A stretch of 64,000 bases of DNA from Bacteroidia bacterium (GCA_040403495.1 JBBAKM010000007.1:486-64485); one strand, 5' to 3'; shown: positions 18,956-28,660, counted from the stretch's first letter. Translations and numbers: made by a program. The notes: generated by a model not told the origin, from the letters alone.

Positions 18956-20101
18956 ATGAAATTTGGAACCAAAGCATTACATGCAGGCATAGAACCTGAT
19001 CCAACTACAGGAGCCGTTATGACTCCTATTTATCAAACTAGCACTTTTGTACAAGAATATCCAGGCAAACACAAAGGCTATGCTTATGCGAGAGGAAAAA
19101 ATCCAACTAGAAATCAACTTGAAAACAACTTAGCTGCGTTAGAAAATGGCAATCATGCCATTTGTTTTAGTAGTGGAATGGGTGCAATAGACGCTGTAAT
19201 TAAACTTTTAAAACCTGGAGATGAGGTTATCACAGGAGACGATATCTATGGAGGTTCATACCGAATGTTTTCTAAAATATACGAACCTTTTGGAATTAAA
19301 TTTCATTATATCAACTTATACGATGCTAGCAATATTGAAAAATACATCAACAGCAATACAAAATTGATTTGGGCCGAAACCCCGACCAATCCAACATTAA
19401 AAATTGTTGACATTGCAGCAGTTTCTGCTATAGCAAAAGCCAATCATATTACCTTAGCTATTGACAATACTTTTGCTTCACCATACCTACAAAACCCTTT
19501 GGATTTAGGGGCAGATATAGTAATGCACAGTGCAACAAAGTATTTGGGCGGACACAGTGATGTCGTAATGGGGGCTTTGGTTGTTAATGATGATGAATTA
19601 TACCAACGTCTTCATTTTATTTTAAATAGTTGTGGTGCTAATCCGGGCCCTATGGATAGTTTCCTTGTATTAAGAGGCATTAAAACCCTTCATTTAAGAA
19701 TGAAAGCCCATTGTGAAAACGGAGAAAAAGTGGCACACTTCCTAAGAAATCATCCAAAAATTGGTCATGTTTATTGGCCAGGTTTCGAAGATGCAAATGG
19801 TCATCAAATTGCAAAAAAACAAATGCGTGGATTTGGCGGTATGGTTTCATTTACACTTAAAGGAGATGATTTTGATGCTGCTATGCGTTTTGCTTGTAAT
19901 GTTAAAGTATTTACGCTTGCAGAATCATTGGGAGGAGTTGAAAGTTTGGTCAATCACCCTGCAAGTATGACACACGCAAGTATTCCAAAAGCAGAGAGAG
20001 ACAAAGCCGGTGTTGTTGATGGTTTATTGAGACTTAGTGTTGGCGTTGAGGATATCGAAGATTTAATTTTAGACATAGATCAAGCACTTGATTTGGTTTA
20101 A
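18956..20101 (+). CDS. PLP-dependent trans-sulfuration enzyme (cystathionine gamma-synthase/lyase or methionine gamma-lyase family)
   Basis: 381 aa with the Cys/Met metabolism PLP family pattern and the PLP-lysine motif 'SATKYLGGHSDVV'. Confidence 0.8.
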   Translation: MKFGTKALHAGIEPDPTTGAVMTPIYQTSTFVQEYPGKHKGYAYARGKNPTRNQLENNLAALENGNHAICFSSGMGAIDAVIKLLKPGDEVITGDDIYGGSYRMFSKIYEPFGIKFHYINLYDASNIEKYINSNTKLIWAETPTNPTLKIVDIAAVSAIAKANHITLAIDNTFASPYLQNPLDLGADIVMHSATKYLGGHSDVVMGALVVNDDELYQRLHFILNSCGANPGPMDSFLVLRGIKTLHLRMKAHCENGEKVAHFLRNHPKIGHVYWPGFEDANGHQIAKKQMRGFGGMVSFTLKGDDFDAAMRFACNVKVFTLAESLGGVESLVNHPASMTHASIPKAERDKAGVVDGLLRLSVGVEDIEDLILDIDQALDLV

Positions 20102-20119
20102 TTTTCAAAAAATGTAGTA

Positions 20120-20600
20120 TAATCTATTTCCCAATAGCTTTTGGGACCATTCAACCATCCTTCCCTCTTCTTTTTGTCATCTTTTTTGCTAGAAAAAAAG
20201 CAAAAAAGTCGCCAAAAAGGATTGTGTGTTTAATAATAACCACGGGTTAAAACCCGTGGCTATTATTATTTACCTCCTCTGGAGGTATTTTTACCGTTGT
20301 TGTATTCTCTCTGTTTTCATCACACCATACCTTCCCTTGTTATTAGCATGTTCAAAGAGCATCTTCGTGTTGTCTTTTCCTCTCTCACTCTGCGCTCTCC
20401 TGAATGACTCGGGAGTGGTTAGGTTTCCATTAAAAAGCGCAACTAAGAGTGCTTTTTGTGTGGCTTCGCTCATAACCACGGGTTAAAACCCGTTGCTATA
20501 ATTATTTTCCAATAGCAATCGGGACTATTTCCAGATAGCTATCGGGACTATTTAATATCCCCCGAGCTGTCATGTCGACGAAGGAGACATCTTTTCCCGA
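20120..20600. repeat. Mosaic intergenic repeat element (family A). It contains short perfect hairpins (ccacgggttaaaacccgtgg, tacctcctctggaggta, cccgatagctatcggg) and is related to 44030-44460.
   Basis: Long stretches are shared with 44058-44316. These include ccaatagct.ttggga, ttttgtcatctt...aaaagcaaaaaagtcgccaaaaa..attgtgtg, ataaccacgggttaaaacccgtggctattattatt and cgatagctatcgggactatt. Confidence 0.8.
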
Positions 20601-20747
20601 CAGCTTTTGTGATTGATGTTGGTCTCTGCTTAAAAGAAAAAAAAAGAATTTAAAGCCTTGATAAAATTGCAATCAAAGTTGAAAACTTTAACTTAAATGT
20701 ATTCCATTGAATTCATATTTTTGCAGATAAGTTAAGAATTAAAAAAT

Positions 20748-21371
20748 TTGAAAACGGGGAATATTTTTTTTGTGCTGTTGTCTGTATTATCTTTTTTTGC
20801 ATGCAATCAAGAAAAATCTAGCGTTAATCAACTTTCACGGTCAGATGAGAACAAAGCAACCATCATTATTCAACCTTTTGATGAATTTCCCGATAATGAA
20901 ACCCAAACAATAGCAGTAGAACTAAGAAAAGTCTATTCAAAGGTTACAATTAATAAAAACATCCCATTTCCTAGTAATTCGATTAACCCTTCTGGCAAAA
21001 GATACCGTGCCGATTCTTTAATTAAATATTTGAGTAAACAAGCCCCTAAGAATACACTTATAATTGGACTAACCAATAAAGACATAAGTACACAAAAAGG
21101 GAAAATCAAAGATTGGGGAGTGTTTGGTTTAGGTTATTGTCCTGGCAAATCTTGTATAGCCTCAAATTTTAGATTAAAAGGGAAGAATAGAGCTGAAAAG
21201 TTATACAAAGTCGCAATTCATGAACTTGGCCATACCCAAGGCCTTCCCCACTGCCCCATAAAAACTTGTTTGATGCGAGATGCAAAAGGCAAAGATGTAT
21301 TAGACGAAGAAAAAGAATTTTGCAAAATGTGTAAACAGGTTTTAATAAATGCCAATTGGGCTTTTAAATAA
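20748..21371 (+). CDS. Archaemetzincin-like Zn metalloprotease lipoprotein
   Basis: 207 aa with a lipoprotein signal (…LSFFAC). It has the 'HELGHTQGLPHC' (HExxHxxGxxHC) motif followed by a CxxxC…CxxC cysteine cluster, as in the AmzA family. Confidence 0.55.
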   Translation: MKTGNIFFVLLSVLSFFACNQEKSSVNQLSRSDENKATIIIQPFDEFPDNETQTIAVELRKVYSKVTINKNIPFPSNSINPSGKRYRADSLIKYLSKQAPKNTLIIGLTNKDISTQKGKIKDWGVFGLGYCPGKSCIASNFRLKGKNRAEKLYKVAIHELGHTQGLPHCPIKTCLMRDAKGKDVLDEEKEFCKMCKQVLINANWAFK

Positions 21372-21380
21372 AAAAATAAA

Positions 21381-22739
21381 ATGAATAACAAATATCTAAT
21401 AAAAAACATTAGCATCGTGAATGAGGGTTCTATCATAACAAGTGATTTACTCATAGAAAATGGATTAATTAAAAAAATTGGCATTATCAATGATTCAGAA
21501 AGTCATGTAATTGATGGCACTAATCAATTTCTATTTCCGGGTATTATTGACGGTCAAGTGCACTTTCGCGAACCAGGACTAACACACAAAGGCGACCTAT
21601 ACACAGAGAGTAAAGCCGCTGTTGCAGGAGGTACCACTTCATTTATTGACATGCCAAATACTGTTCCGAATGTATTGACTATGGAAATTTTAAACGATAA
21701 ATACACTATTGCAGCTAAGCAATCTTTGGCTAATTATGGCTTTTTTTTAGGTGTTAATGGCGACAATCTTGACGAAGTAATCAAACTTGACAAAAGTAAA
21801 TTACTAGGAGTGTCGGATGATGGACTCTATTTCACAAAAAAAGGGAATCTCCTTGCTGACAATCCTGAAACGATGGAAAAACTATTTGCTAACTGCAAAT
21901 CCATAATAGCGATTCATTCTGAGAAAGAGAGTATTGTTGAAGAAAACGAAAACCATTACAAAAACCTATATGGGGAAGAGGTTCCTGTTAAATTTCACCC
22001 AATAATAAGGAGCGAAAAAGCCTGTTATGAAGCTACAAAAAGAGCCATTGATATAGCAAACAAGCACAATGCTAGACTTCATATCCTTCACTTAACAACC
22101 GAAGCTGAAACTCATTTATTCAGAAACGATATTCCTTTAAAAGAGAAAAAAATAACGACCGAAGTGTCTGTTCACCATCTTTGGTTTAGTGACAAAGATT
22201 ACGACAAATTGGGCACTTTAATCAAATGGAATCCGGCCATTAAAACCGAAAAAGATAAAAACGGATTGTTAAAAGCCCTTTTAGATGACAGAATTGATAT
22301 TGTAACAACAGACCATGCACCGCATTCAATCGAAGAAAAAGAAAAAACTTATTTCAATGCAATGTCAGGTGCTCCTATCATTCAACACTCATTAAACATT
22401 ATGTTGGAATTTTACAAAAAAGGCCAAATTTCACTTGAAAAAATTGCTGAAAAAATGTGCCACAATCCAGCAATTCTCTATGATATTTCAATGCGAGGAT
22501 TTATTCGTGAGGGATATTATGCAGACTTATGTATTGTTGACTTAAATTCAGACTGGACTGTTGATAAAGACAATCTTTTATATAAATGTGGCTGGTCACC
22601 TTTAGAAGGCACTACTTTTGGAACCAAAATTACACACACTTTTGTCAATGGAAACTTGGTGTACAACAATGGACAATTTGACGAAAGTTATAGAGGACAA
22701 GCCTTAGAAACAAGTGAACAAGTTAGGCAACAGGCTTAA
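21381..22739 (+). CDS. Cyclic amidohydrolase, dihydroorotase-like (pyrC-type) / allantoinase family
   Basis: 452 aa. The metal-binding 'DGQVHFREPG' (HxH) motif is present, a likely carbamylated-Lys region, and 'DHAPH' late in the protein. Confidence 0.65.
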   Translation: MNNKYLIKNISIVNEGSIITSDLLIENGLIKKIGIINDSESHVIDGTNQFLFPGIIDGQVHFREPGLTHKGDLYTESKAAVAGGTTSFIDMPNTVPNVLTMEILNDKYTIAAKQSLANYGFFLGVNGDNLDEVIKLDKSKLLGVSDDGLYFTKKGNLLADNPETMEKLFANCKSIIAIHSEKESIVEENENHYKNLYGEEVPVKFHPIIRSEKACYEATKRAIDIANKHNARLHILHLTTEAETHLFRNDIPLKEKKITTEVSVHHLWFSDKDYDKLGTLIKWNPAIKTEKDKNGLLKALLDDRIDIVTTDHAPHSIEEKEKTYFNAMSGAPIIQHSLNIMLEFYKKGQISLEKIAEKMCHNPAILYDISMRGFIREGYYADLCIVDLNSDWTVDKDNLLYKCGWSPLEGTTFGTKITHTFVNGNLVYNNGQFDESYRGQALETSEQVRQQA

Positions 22740-22751
22740 ACATTACTAATA

Positions 22752-23588
22752 ATGTTTAAAAACAGGAAACTTCTTATTGCAACAAAACACAAAAAAGAAA
22801 GTGTTATTGCACCCATTTTAGAGAAAGAATTGGGTGTTATTTGTTTTACTGACGAGCATTTTGACACAGACCAATATGGGACTTTTAGTGGCGAAATAGA
22901 GCGAATAAATGACCCGATTACAACGCTAAAAAACAAATGTTTGAGCGCAATGGAACAAAATGATTGTGATTTAGCCATTGCAAGTGAAGGTTCTTTTGGC
23001 CCACATCCCACTCTATTTTTCGCAAATGCTGATGACGAGTTTTTAATCTTTATTGACAAAAAGAATAACATTGAAATTATAGTTAGAGAACTGAGCACAT
23101 CAACTAATTTCAGTGGCAAAGAAATAAATTCAAAAAGTGAATTAATGGATTTTGCTCAAAAAATTGGCTTTCCCTCACATGGATTGATTTTAAAAAACAG
23201 TCAATCACGTGGACAAAAAATCGAAAAAGGCATAGTGGATTTTGTTAAGCTTAACGATGTTTATGAGCAGTTAAAAACAGACAATCAAGCTCTTTATGTT
23301 GAAACAGACATGAGGGCCATGTATAATCCAACAAGAATGGACGTTATAAAAACAGCAACTACTAAATTAGTTTCCAAAATTATGTCTTGTTGTCCTCAAT
23401 GTGAAAAACCTGGATTCGACGTTACTAAAGCAAACAAAGGACTTGCATGTAATTTGTGCGGATTTCCAACTAATTCCATTTTAAGTTACATTTATGAATG
23501 TAAACATTGTAAATTTACAAAAACCGAAATGCATCCTCACAATAAGCAATTTGAAGACCCAATGTATTGTGACAATTGCAATCCTTAA
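22752..23588 (+). CDS. Hypothetical protein with a C-terminal 4xCxxC zinc-ribbon pair
   Basis: 278 aa. The C-terminus carries CPQC…CNLC…CKHC…CDNC. The N-terminal two-thirds have no recognisable motif. Confidence 0.4.
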   Translation: MFKNRKLLIATKHKKESVIAPILEKELGVICFTDEHFDTDQYGTFSGEIERINDPITTLKNKCLSAMEQNDCDLAIASEGSFGPHPTLFFANADDEFLIFIDKKNNIEIIVRELSTSTNFSGKEINSKSELMDFAQKIGFPSHGLILKNSQSRGQKIEKGIVDFVKLNDVYEQLKTDNQALYVETDMRAMYNPTRMDVIKTATTKLVSKIMSCCPQCEKPGFDVTKANKGLACNLCGFPTNSILSYIYECKHCKFTKTEMHPHNKQFEDPMYCDNCNP

Positions 23589-24060
23589 AAATCAGACGCC
23601 AAGCATGGCGTCTCTACCGAAAACCTATTATGATTTCGCCACGACGTGGCTGGGAAATTATTGATTTATTCCTATTATGATTTCGCCACAACGTGGCTGT
23701 TAAATTTTTGATTTTATATAATCAAACACCTAAACACCCTTTACTTCGACAAGCTCAGTATAAACTCCCTCACGTGACTAGGCTCAGCCTAGTGGGTGAC
23801 AAACAAATAAACAATTTAAACACCTAAACCCTTTAAACCTCCTCAACCCTTTAAACACCTAACCACCTAAACACCCTTCGAGAGGTAATCTCACGTGACT
23901 AGGCTCAGCCTAGTGGGTGACACCTAAACCCTTTAAACCTCCTCAACCATTTAAACCACCTAAACAAATAAACACCCTTCGAGAGCCTCAGGGTGACAAC
24001 TAAACAAATAAACAATCTCGCTACTCAGCGCGAAACCATTCCCAACTAATAACTTATCAA
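23585..24060. repeat. Intergenic repeat cluster with several units. The palindrome-containing unit ttatgatttcgccacgacgtggctg occurs twice. The unit ctcacgtgactaggctcagcctagtgggtgac occurs twice here and once at 44361. Degenerate 'cacctaaaccctttaaacc' tandem units are also present.
   Basis: The direct repeats are visible in the sequence. gccacgacgtggc is a perfect palindrome. The gacgccaagcatggcgtc hairpin at 23594 recurs at 44023. Confidence 0.8.
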
Positions 24061-24122
24061 AAAGTGATTTTAAAAAATGAAAAAATAATTATATTTAAAG
24101 AAAAATTAATTCTAATTACATC

Positions 24123-25067
24123 ATGTTAAAATTATCTTTAAAATCATTGTTTCTATTTAGCCTCATTTCTTTTAACAACTTTAGCAATGGTCAGGGTTGT
24201 AGCGATGCTGGATTTTGTACCATTAACAGTTTTAAACCTAACAACACAGACAGCACTCAAGAAACAAAAAATCAATTTAAAACGGGTGCTTTTTGGGGAA
24301 ATGCCGACAATTCTATCTTAGCTTATGGCGCTTATATTGAATACAACCGACTGCTTAACAACAAATGGTCAATCGATTTGAAAATTACAAGTTTGGGACA
24401 AAACGGGAATAACATCAGCACCTATGGCCTTTCCGATGCATTTATCAATGCCAATTTTAAAGCGCATGAAAATTTAAAATTAACAATTGGCACTAAACTT
24501 CCTTTTACAAGAGCTAACAAACAAATTCCGCCTAATATTACTATGCCTCAATCTGCAAGATCTTTACCAATGGATTATCAGGCAAGTTTGGGAACCATTG
24601 ACTTCATTTTTGGAGTTGGATTCCAATTTAAAAAAATACAATTAGCCGCGGCAATTCAGCAGCCTATCACTCAAAACAGCAATACATTTGCACCCTATAC
24701 TATTAACACCGTTGGTTATTCTCAATTAAATCAGTTTCAAAACACCAATCAATTCAAACGAAGTGGTGATGTATTACTTAGAATTTCTTATCCTTTTACC
24801 GTTAAGGAACGCCTAATGATAACTCCTAGCCTACTCCCTATTTACCACTTAGCAAACGATAAATATACGGACTTCCAAAATATTGAAAGAGAAATTATTG
24901 GTTCTAAAGGATTGACACTTAATGGCAATTTGTATTTCGACTATGAATTAAACCATAAAAACACCATTCAATTGAATATGGGAATGCCATTCATTGTTAG
25001 AAAATCCCGTCCAGATGGGTTGACTAGAAGTTTTATTATGAACTTGGAATATAAATTCAATTTTTAA
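24123..25067 (+). CDS. Hypothetical outer-membrane beta-barrel-like protein
   Basis: 314 aa with a signal peptide. The sequence has alternating amphipathic strands and ends in an aromatic C-terminal residue (…YKFNF), consistent with an OMP. Confidence 0.35.
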   Translation: MLKLSLKSLFLFSLISFNNFSNGQGCSDAGFCTINSFKPNNTDSTQETKNQFKTGAFWGNADNSILAYGAYIEYNRLLNNKWSIDLKITSLGQNGNNISTYGLSDAFINANFKAHENLKLTIGTKLPFTRANKQIPPNITMPQSARSLPMDYQASLGTIDFIFGVGFQFKKIQLAAAIQQPITQNSNTFAPYTINTVGYSQLNQFQNTNQFKRSGDVLLRISYPFTVKERLMITPSLLPIYHLANDKYTDFQNIEREIIGSKGLTLNGNLYFDYELNHKNTIQLNMGMPFIVRKSRPDGLTRSFIMNLEYKFNF

Positions 25068-25089
25068 ATCATTAATAATCTGCTTAACA

Positions 25090-25590
25090 ATGACTGAAAA
25101 AAGGCCTCAAATTAAAATTCAAAAAACGAAAATAGAGCATACCATAGATTTTTTAACTTGGACAATTGTGACTGCAGTTTGTGTTTATACAATCGTTGAA
25201 TATACACACCTTCCCAAAACAATACCTATTCATTTCAATAGTGCGGGAGTTGCAGACGGATTTGGGAATAAAAGTACTATTTTAACACTTCCAATCATTT
25301 TAGTTTTTTTAACCATTCTGATGAGTTTGGTTAGCAAATTTCCTCACCATTTTAACTACCCCAATAAAATTACTCCAGAAAATGCATTAAGGCAATATAA
25401 GTTGGCAACTAATCTTATCAGATATTTGAGACTAGCAATCGTTTTCATTTATAGCCAAATAACCGTTTCAACGATTTGGATAGCAAATGGTAAAAAAACG
25501 GGACTTGGAGTTTGGTTTTTACCCTTAAGTGTAGGTATTATTTTTACATTAATCATCCTTTTTATATTTCAATCCAAAAAAAAACAATAG
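25090..25590 (+). CDS. DUF1648-type small membrane protein
   Basis: 166 aa with 3-4 TM helices. The N-terminal pattern resembles the SdpI/YhfL-related DUF1648 family. Confidence 0.35.
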   Translation: MTEKRPQIKIQKTKIEHTIDFLTWTIVTAVCVYTIVEYTHLPKTIPIHFNSAGVADGFGNKSTILTLPIILVFLTILMSLVSKFPHHFNYPNKITPENALRQYKLATNLIRYLRLAIVFIYSQITVSTIWIANGKKTGLGVWFLPLSVGIIFTLIILFIFQSKKKQ

Positions 25591-25686
25591 CTACTTGTAA
25601 TAAATATAACCAATTTGAATTCAATAGTAAAAATTCATACATTTGTATCACATAATGATTAAAAATTCAGGCAATTATAAAATAAA

Positions 25687-26340
25687 ATGATTCAATTAAA
25701 TCCAAAAGTTGACTTATATATCAAAGACGGTTGTGGCAGGTGTGCCTTACATGCTACTCCCAAATGCAAGGTGAACAAATGGCAAATTGAGCTTGAAACA
25801 CTTAGGCAAATAGTGCTAGAAAGTGGATTAACCGAAGAGCTTAAGTGGGGTGTTCCGGTTTACACCCATTTGGGCAAAAACATACTTACAGTTAGCGCTT
25901 TGAAGGATGCGTGTATTATTGGCTTTTTCAAAGGTGTATTGATAAAAGACACTCAAAATATGCTGATAAAACAGGGAGAAAATTCACAATCGAGTCGCAT
26001 AGTTAAATTCACATCAGAAAACGAAATCTTGAACCATCAAGATACGCTAATTGATTTTATACTTCAAGCCATTCAAATTGAAGAAAATGGACAAAAAGTC
26101 GAATTTAAGAAAGATGACATTTCTGTTCCTGAAGAATTAACCCAAAAGTTTGAAGAAAATCCAGCCTTTAAAACTGCTTTTTACGAATTGACCCCAGGCA
26201 GACAAAAAGGGTATCTACTCTATTTCAGTCAAGCCAAGCAGTCGGCAACTCGCACACAGAGAATTAACAATTACACTCAAAAAATATTTGAAGGCATTGG
26301 TTTTCACGACGAGTATAAAATGAATAATAAGAAAAAATAA
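25687..26340 (+). CDS. YdeI/OmpD-associated + DUF1801 domain protein
   Basis: 217 aa. The C-terminal 'PGRQKGYLLYFSQAKQSATRTQRI' matches the YdeI family tail. Confidence 0.45.
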   Translation: MIQLNPKVDLYIKDGCGRCALHATPKCKVNKWQIELETLRQIVLESGLTEELKWGVPVYTHLGKNILTVSALKDACIIGFFKGVLIKDTQNMLIKQGENSQSSRIVKFTSENEILNHQDTLIDFILQAIQIEENGQKVEFKKDDISVPEELTQKFEENPAFKTAFYELTPGRQKGYLLYFSQAKQSATRTQRINNYTQKIFEGIGFHDEYKMNNKKK

Positions 26341-26366
26341 AGATTTCATCAATCATTCACTTCAGC

Positions 26367-27413
26367 ATGTTGGAAAAAAAAGCAATCGAATTACAACAGA
26401 TTTTAGATAACACCATTGACGGCAAAAAAGTATTTGGTTGCAATTTTGCAATGAAGTACCAAAATGAATTTTGGCAAGGCACTGCAGGCAATTTCGAAAC
26501 CGAAGATTCATATTTCATTGCAAGCACGACTAAGCTTTTTACGACTGCATTAATTTTGAATTTAAGGGCAGCAGGGGCATTGTCGCTCAACGACCCAATT
26601 CATTTGTACCTCGACAAAAGCATTATTGATAGACTTTTGGTATATAAAGGCACAGATTATTCCGAAAAAATAACCATTCAACACTTATTAAGTCACAGCA
26701 GCGGTTTAGCAGATTATTTCCAAGAAAAGGAGTCCAATGGGAACAGTTGGGAAGATGAGCTAAAAGAAGGAAGAGACAAGGCTTGGACTTTCGAGGAAGT
26801 GCTTACCAAAGCTAAAAACATGCGTCCGAAATTCGCCCCCGGCAGCAATGGCAAAGCGCATTATTCCGACACAAACTTTCAATTACTTGGTAAAATAATT
26901 GAAACTATCACAGGCAAGAAATACACAAGTTTTTGTGAAGAAACAATCATTCAAGCACTTCAATTAAAACACACCTACCTGTACGAAAACCCTAATGATC
27001 AAACACCGCATACCATGTATTTCAAAAACGGCGTTTTAAACATTCCTCAAGCAATGGCATCGTTCAAAAGTGACGGCGGTATGGTTTCAAACACAAAGGA
27101 TTTATTATGCTTTACAGAAGCCTTTTTTAATGGTCAGTTGTTCCCCAAGGCATACATTAATGAACTTCAGGTTTGGAAGAGAATATTTTTCCCTATGCAA
27201 TCAGGGATAGGCATTCACAGGTTCAAGTTACCTTGGATTTTCAATCCTACAGGCGCTGTTCCTGAAATGATAGGACATTCGGGATTATCGGGCACATTGG
27301 CCTATTACAGCCCCAAACACGAATTATTTATAGTTGGCACAGTAAATCAAATAGCTTATCCAGATTTATCCTTTAAAACGGCCATAAAACTCATTAGAAA
27401 GGCGATTCAATAA
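26367..27413 (+). CDS. Serine hydrolase (beta-lactamase/transpeptidase-like, class C/esterase family)
   Basis: 348 aa. The SxxK motif is 'ASTTKLFT', and the Tyr and HxG regions are present. Confidence 0.75.
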   Translation: MLEKKAIELQQILDNTIDGKKVFGCNFAMKYQNEFWQGTAGNFETEDSYFIASTTKLFTTALILNLRAAGALSLNDPIHLYLDKSIIDRLLVYKGTDYSEKITIQHLLSHSSGLADYFQEKESNGNSWEDELKEGRDKAWTFEEVLTKAKNMRPKFAPGSNGKAHYSDTNFQLLGKIIETITGKKYTSFCEETIIQALQLKHTYLYENPNDQTPHTMYFKNGVLNIPQAMASFKSDGGMVSNTKDLLCFTEAFFNGQLFPKAYINELQVWKRIFFPMQSGIGIHRFKLPWIFNPTGAVPEMIGHSGLSGTLAYYSPKHELFIVGTVNQIAYPDLSFKTAIKLIRKAIQ

Positions 27414-27485
27414 AAATACTATATATTTTAAATACTATTTAAACAGGGTTTAAACACCCTTTTATCTCAATATTTTAGCCATAGG

Positions 27486-27600
27486 TTTACCACCGTTCTC
27501 GCTCGCATCTTGCGAGTGATTTACCATACCGCCTCTGGCGCAATTGTGCCGTTGTTGGTCTCGGCTAAGCCGAGTCCTACGACAAACAAGCTGGAAAATG
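27486..27600. repeat. Hairpin-repeat element, left copy of the family bracketing the lipoprotein gene
   Basis: ccgttctcgctcgcatcttgcgagtgatttaccataccgcctctggcgcaatt…gttgttggtctcggctaagccgag is almost identical to 28418-28560. It contains the ctcgca/tgcgag and gtctcgg/ccgag inverted repeats. Confidence 0.8.
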
Positions 27601-27691
27601 AAGTGCATTTGTAAGAATAGATAAATTCTCTATTTTTGAATCTTACTAAATTGGGATGCGCTAAAAAACAGTAAAAACTCAAAATAAGATT

Positions 27692-28393
27692 ATGCTCCAA
27701 AAAACGAAAACACTCTTAGTCCTTTTCATCCTTTTATTATTGCCTAGCTGCAGCATCAATTCGAATCAATCTATAACAGATGTATTAAAATTTGAAGACA
27801 TTAAAATCAAACCTCCTAATTGTCCAAATTACCAATTCGAAAGTATTCAAAAAAATGGTGATAGTATCGTGTTAAAAATAAATTGTAATGAGACCTATTT
27901 TTTTTATTTAACAGAAAGAGAATATTTTATTTACTGTTTAAAAAATCTTAAACCATACTTATTACAAGAGAAATTTATAGATACTATATTTTGTGAGTAT
28001 AATTACCCTAATCAAAATAACAGAAAAATGGATTTAAAAACTTCAAAACAGGAGGCTATCAAAGCAATTGAATTGAGAGATTCTATAAACGCTCCATTTT
28101 TTCATAAAATTATTGAAAATGTAATTAACGATTCCAATTACAATAACACTGTAAATTTCATGTCATATATCTACGGAAAATCTACCATAGGGGATTCATA
28201 CAACTTTTATGACGATGCAGATATATTTGATTTTTATTATATCATCAACAATGACATATTGAGTGGGAATAAAGACCCACTGAGTTTAAAAACATTAAAA
28301 TTGATGGAGACAAAGATGAATAAAACCAATCCTACAAGTCCAATTGATGTTCACATTACCTTTATTAAAACTCTTTATTATAAAGGTAAATGA
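27692..28393 (+). CDS. Hypothetical lipoprotein
   Basis: 233 aa with a lipobox-like signal (LLLLPSCS). It is Asn/Tyr/Ile-rich and has no recognisable domain. Confidence 0.4.
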   Translation: MLQKTKTLLVLFILLLLPSCSINSNQSITDVLKFEDIKIKPPNCPNYQFESIQKNGDSIVLKINCNETYFFYLTEREYFIYCLKNLKPYLLQEKFIDTIFCEYNYPNQNNRKMDLKTSKQEAIKAIELRDSINAPFFHKIIENVINDSNYNNTVNFMSYIYGKSTIGDSYNFYDDADIFDFYYIINNDILSGNKDPLSLKTLKLMETKMNKTNPTSPIDVHITFIKTLYYKGK

Positions 28394-28409
28394 GTTTTAA
28401 TGAATTTAA

Positions 28410-28660
28410 TCCGTTCTCGCTCGCATCTTGCGAGTGATTAACCACACCCACCGTTCTCAGCGTTCTCGCTCGCATCTTGCGAGTGATTTACCATACCGCC
28501 TCTGGCGCAATTAATAAATACTTAAGTCGTTGTTGATCTCGGCTAATCCGAGACCAACAACGGCACAATATGAAGTTAAGTAAAAGAGATGCCGGAGGCA
28601 AGGTAGGAGTTAACTCGCAAGATGCGAGCTAGAACTGATGTGAGCTAGAACGGGTATAAT
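28410..28660. repeat. MITE-like composite inverted-repeat element, right copy with extra arm
   Basis: The left arm, ccgttctcgctcgcatcttgcgagtga, is present 1.5 times. The right arm, aactcgcaagatgcgagctagaac…gagctagaacgg, is its reverse complement. The internal perfect hairpin is gttgttgatctcggctaatccgagaccaacaac. Confidence 0.8.

Noticed and set aside
20226-20486. ORF-track ORFs 20226..20486 (+) and 20291..20479 (-)
   Set aside because: They lie entirely within hairpin repeat family A, overlap each other on opposite strands, have odd composition and no start context. They are spurious.
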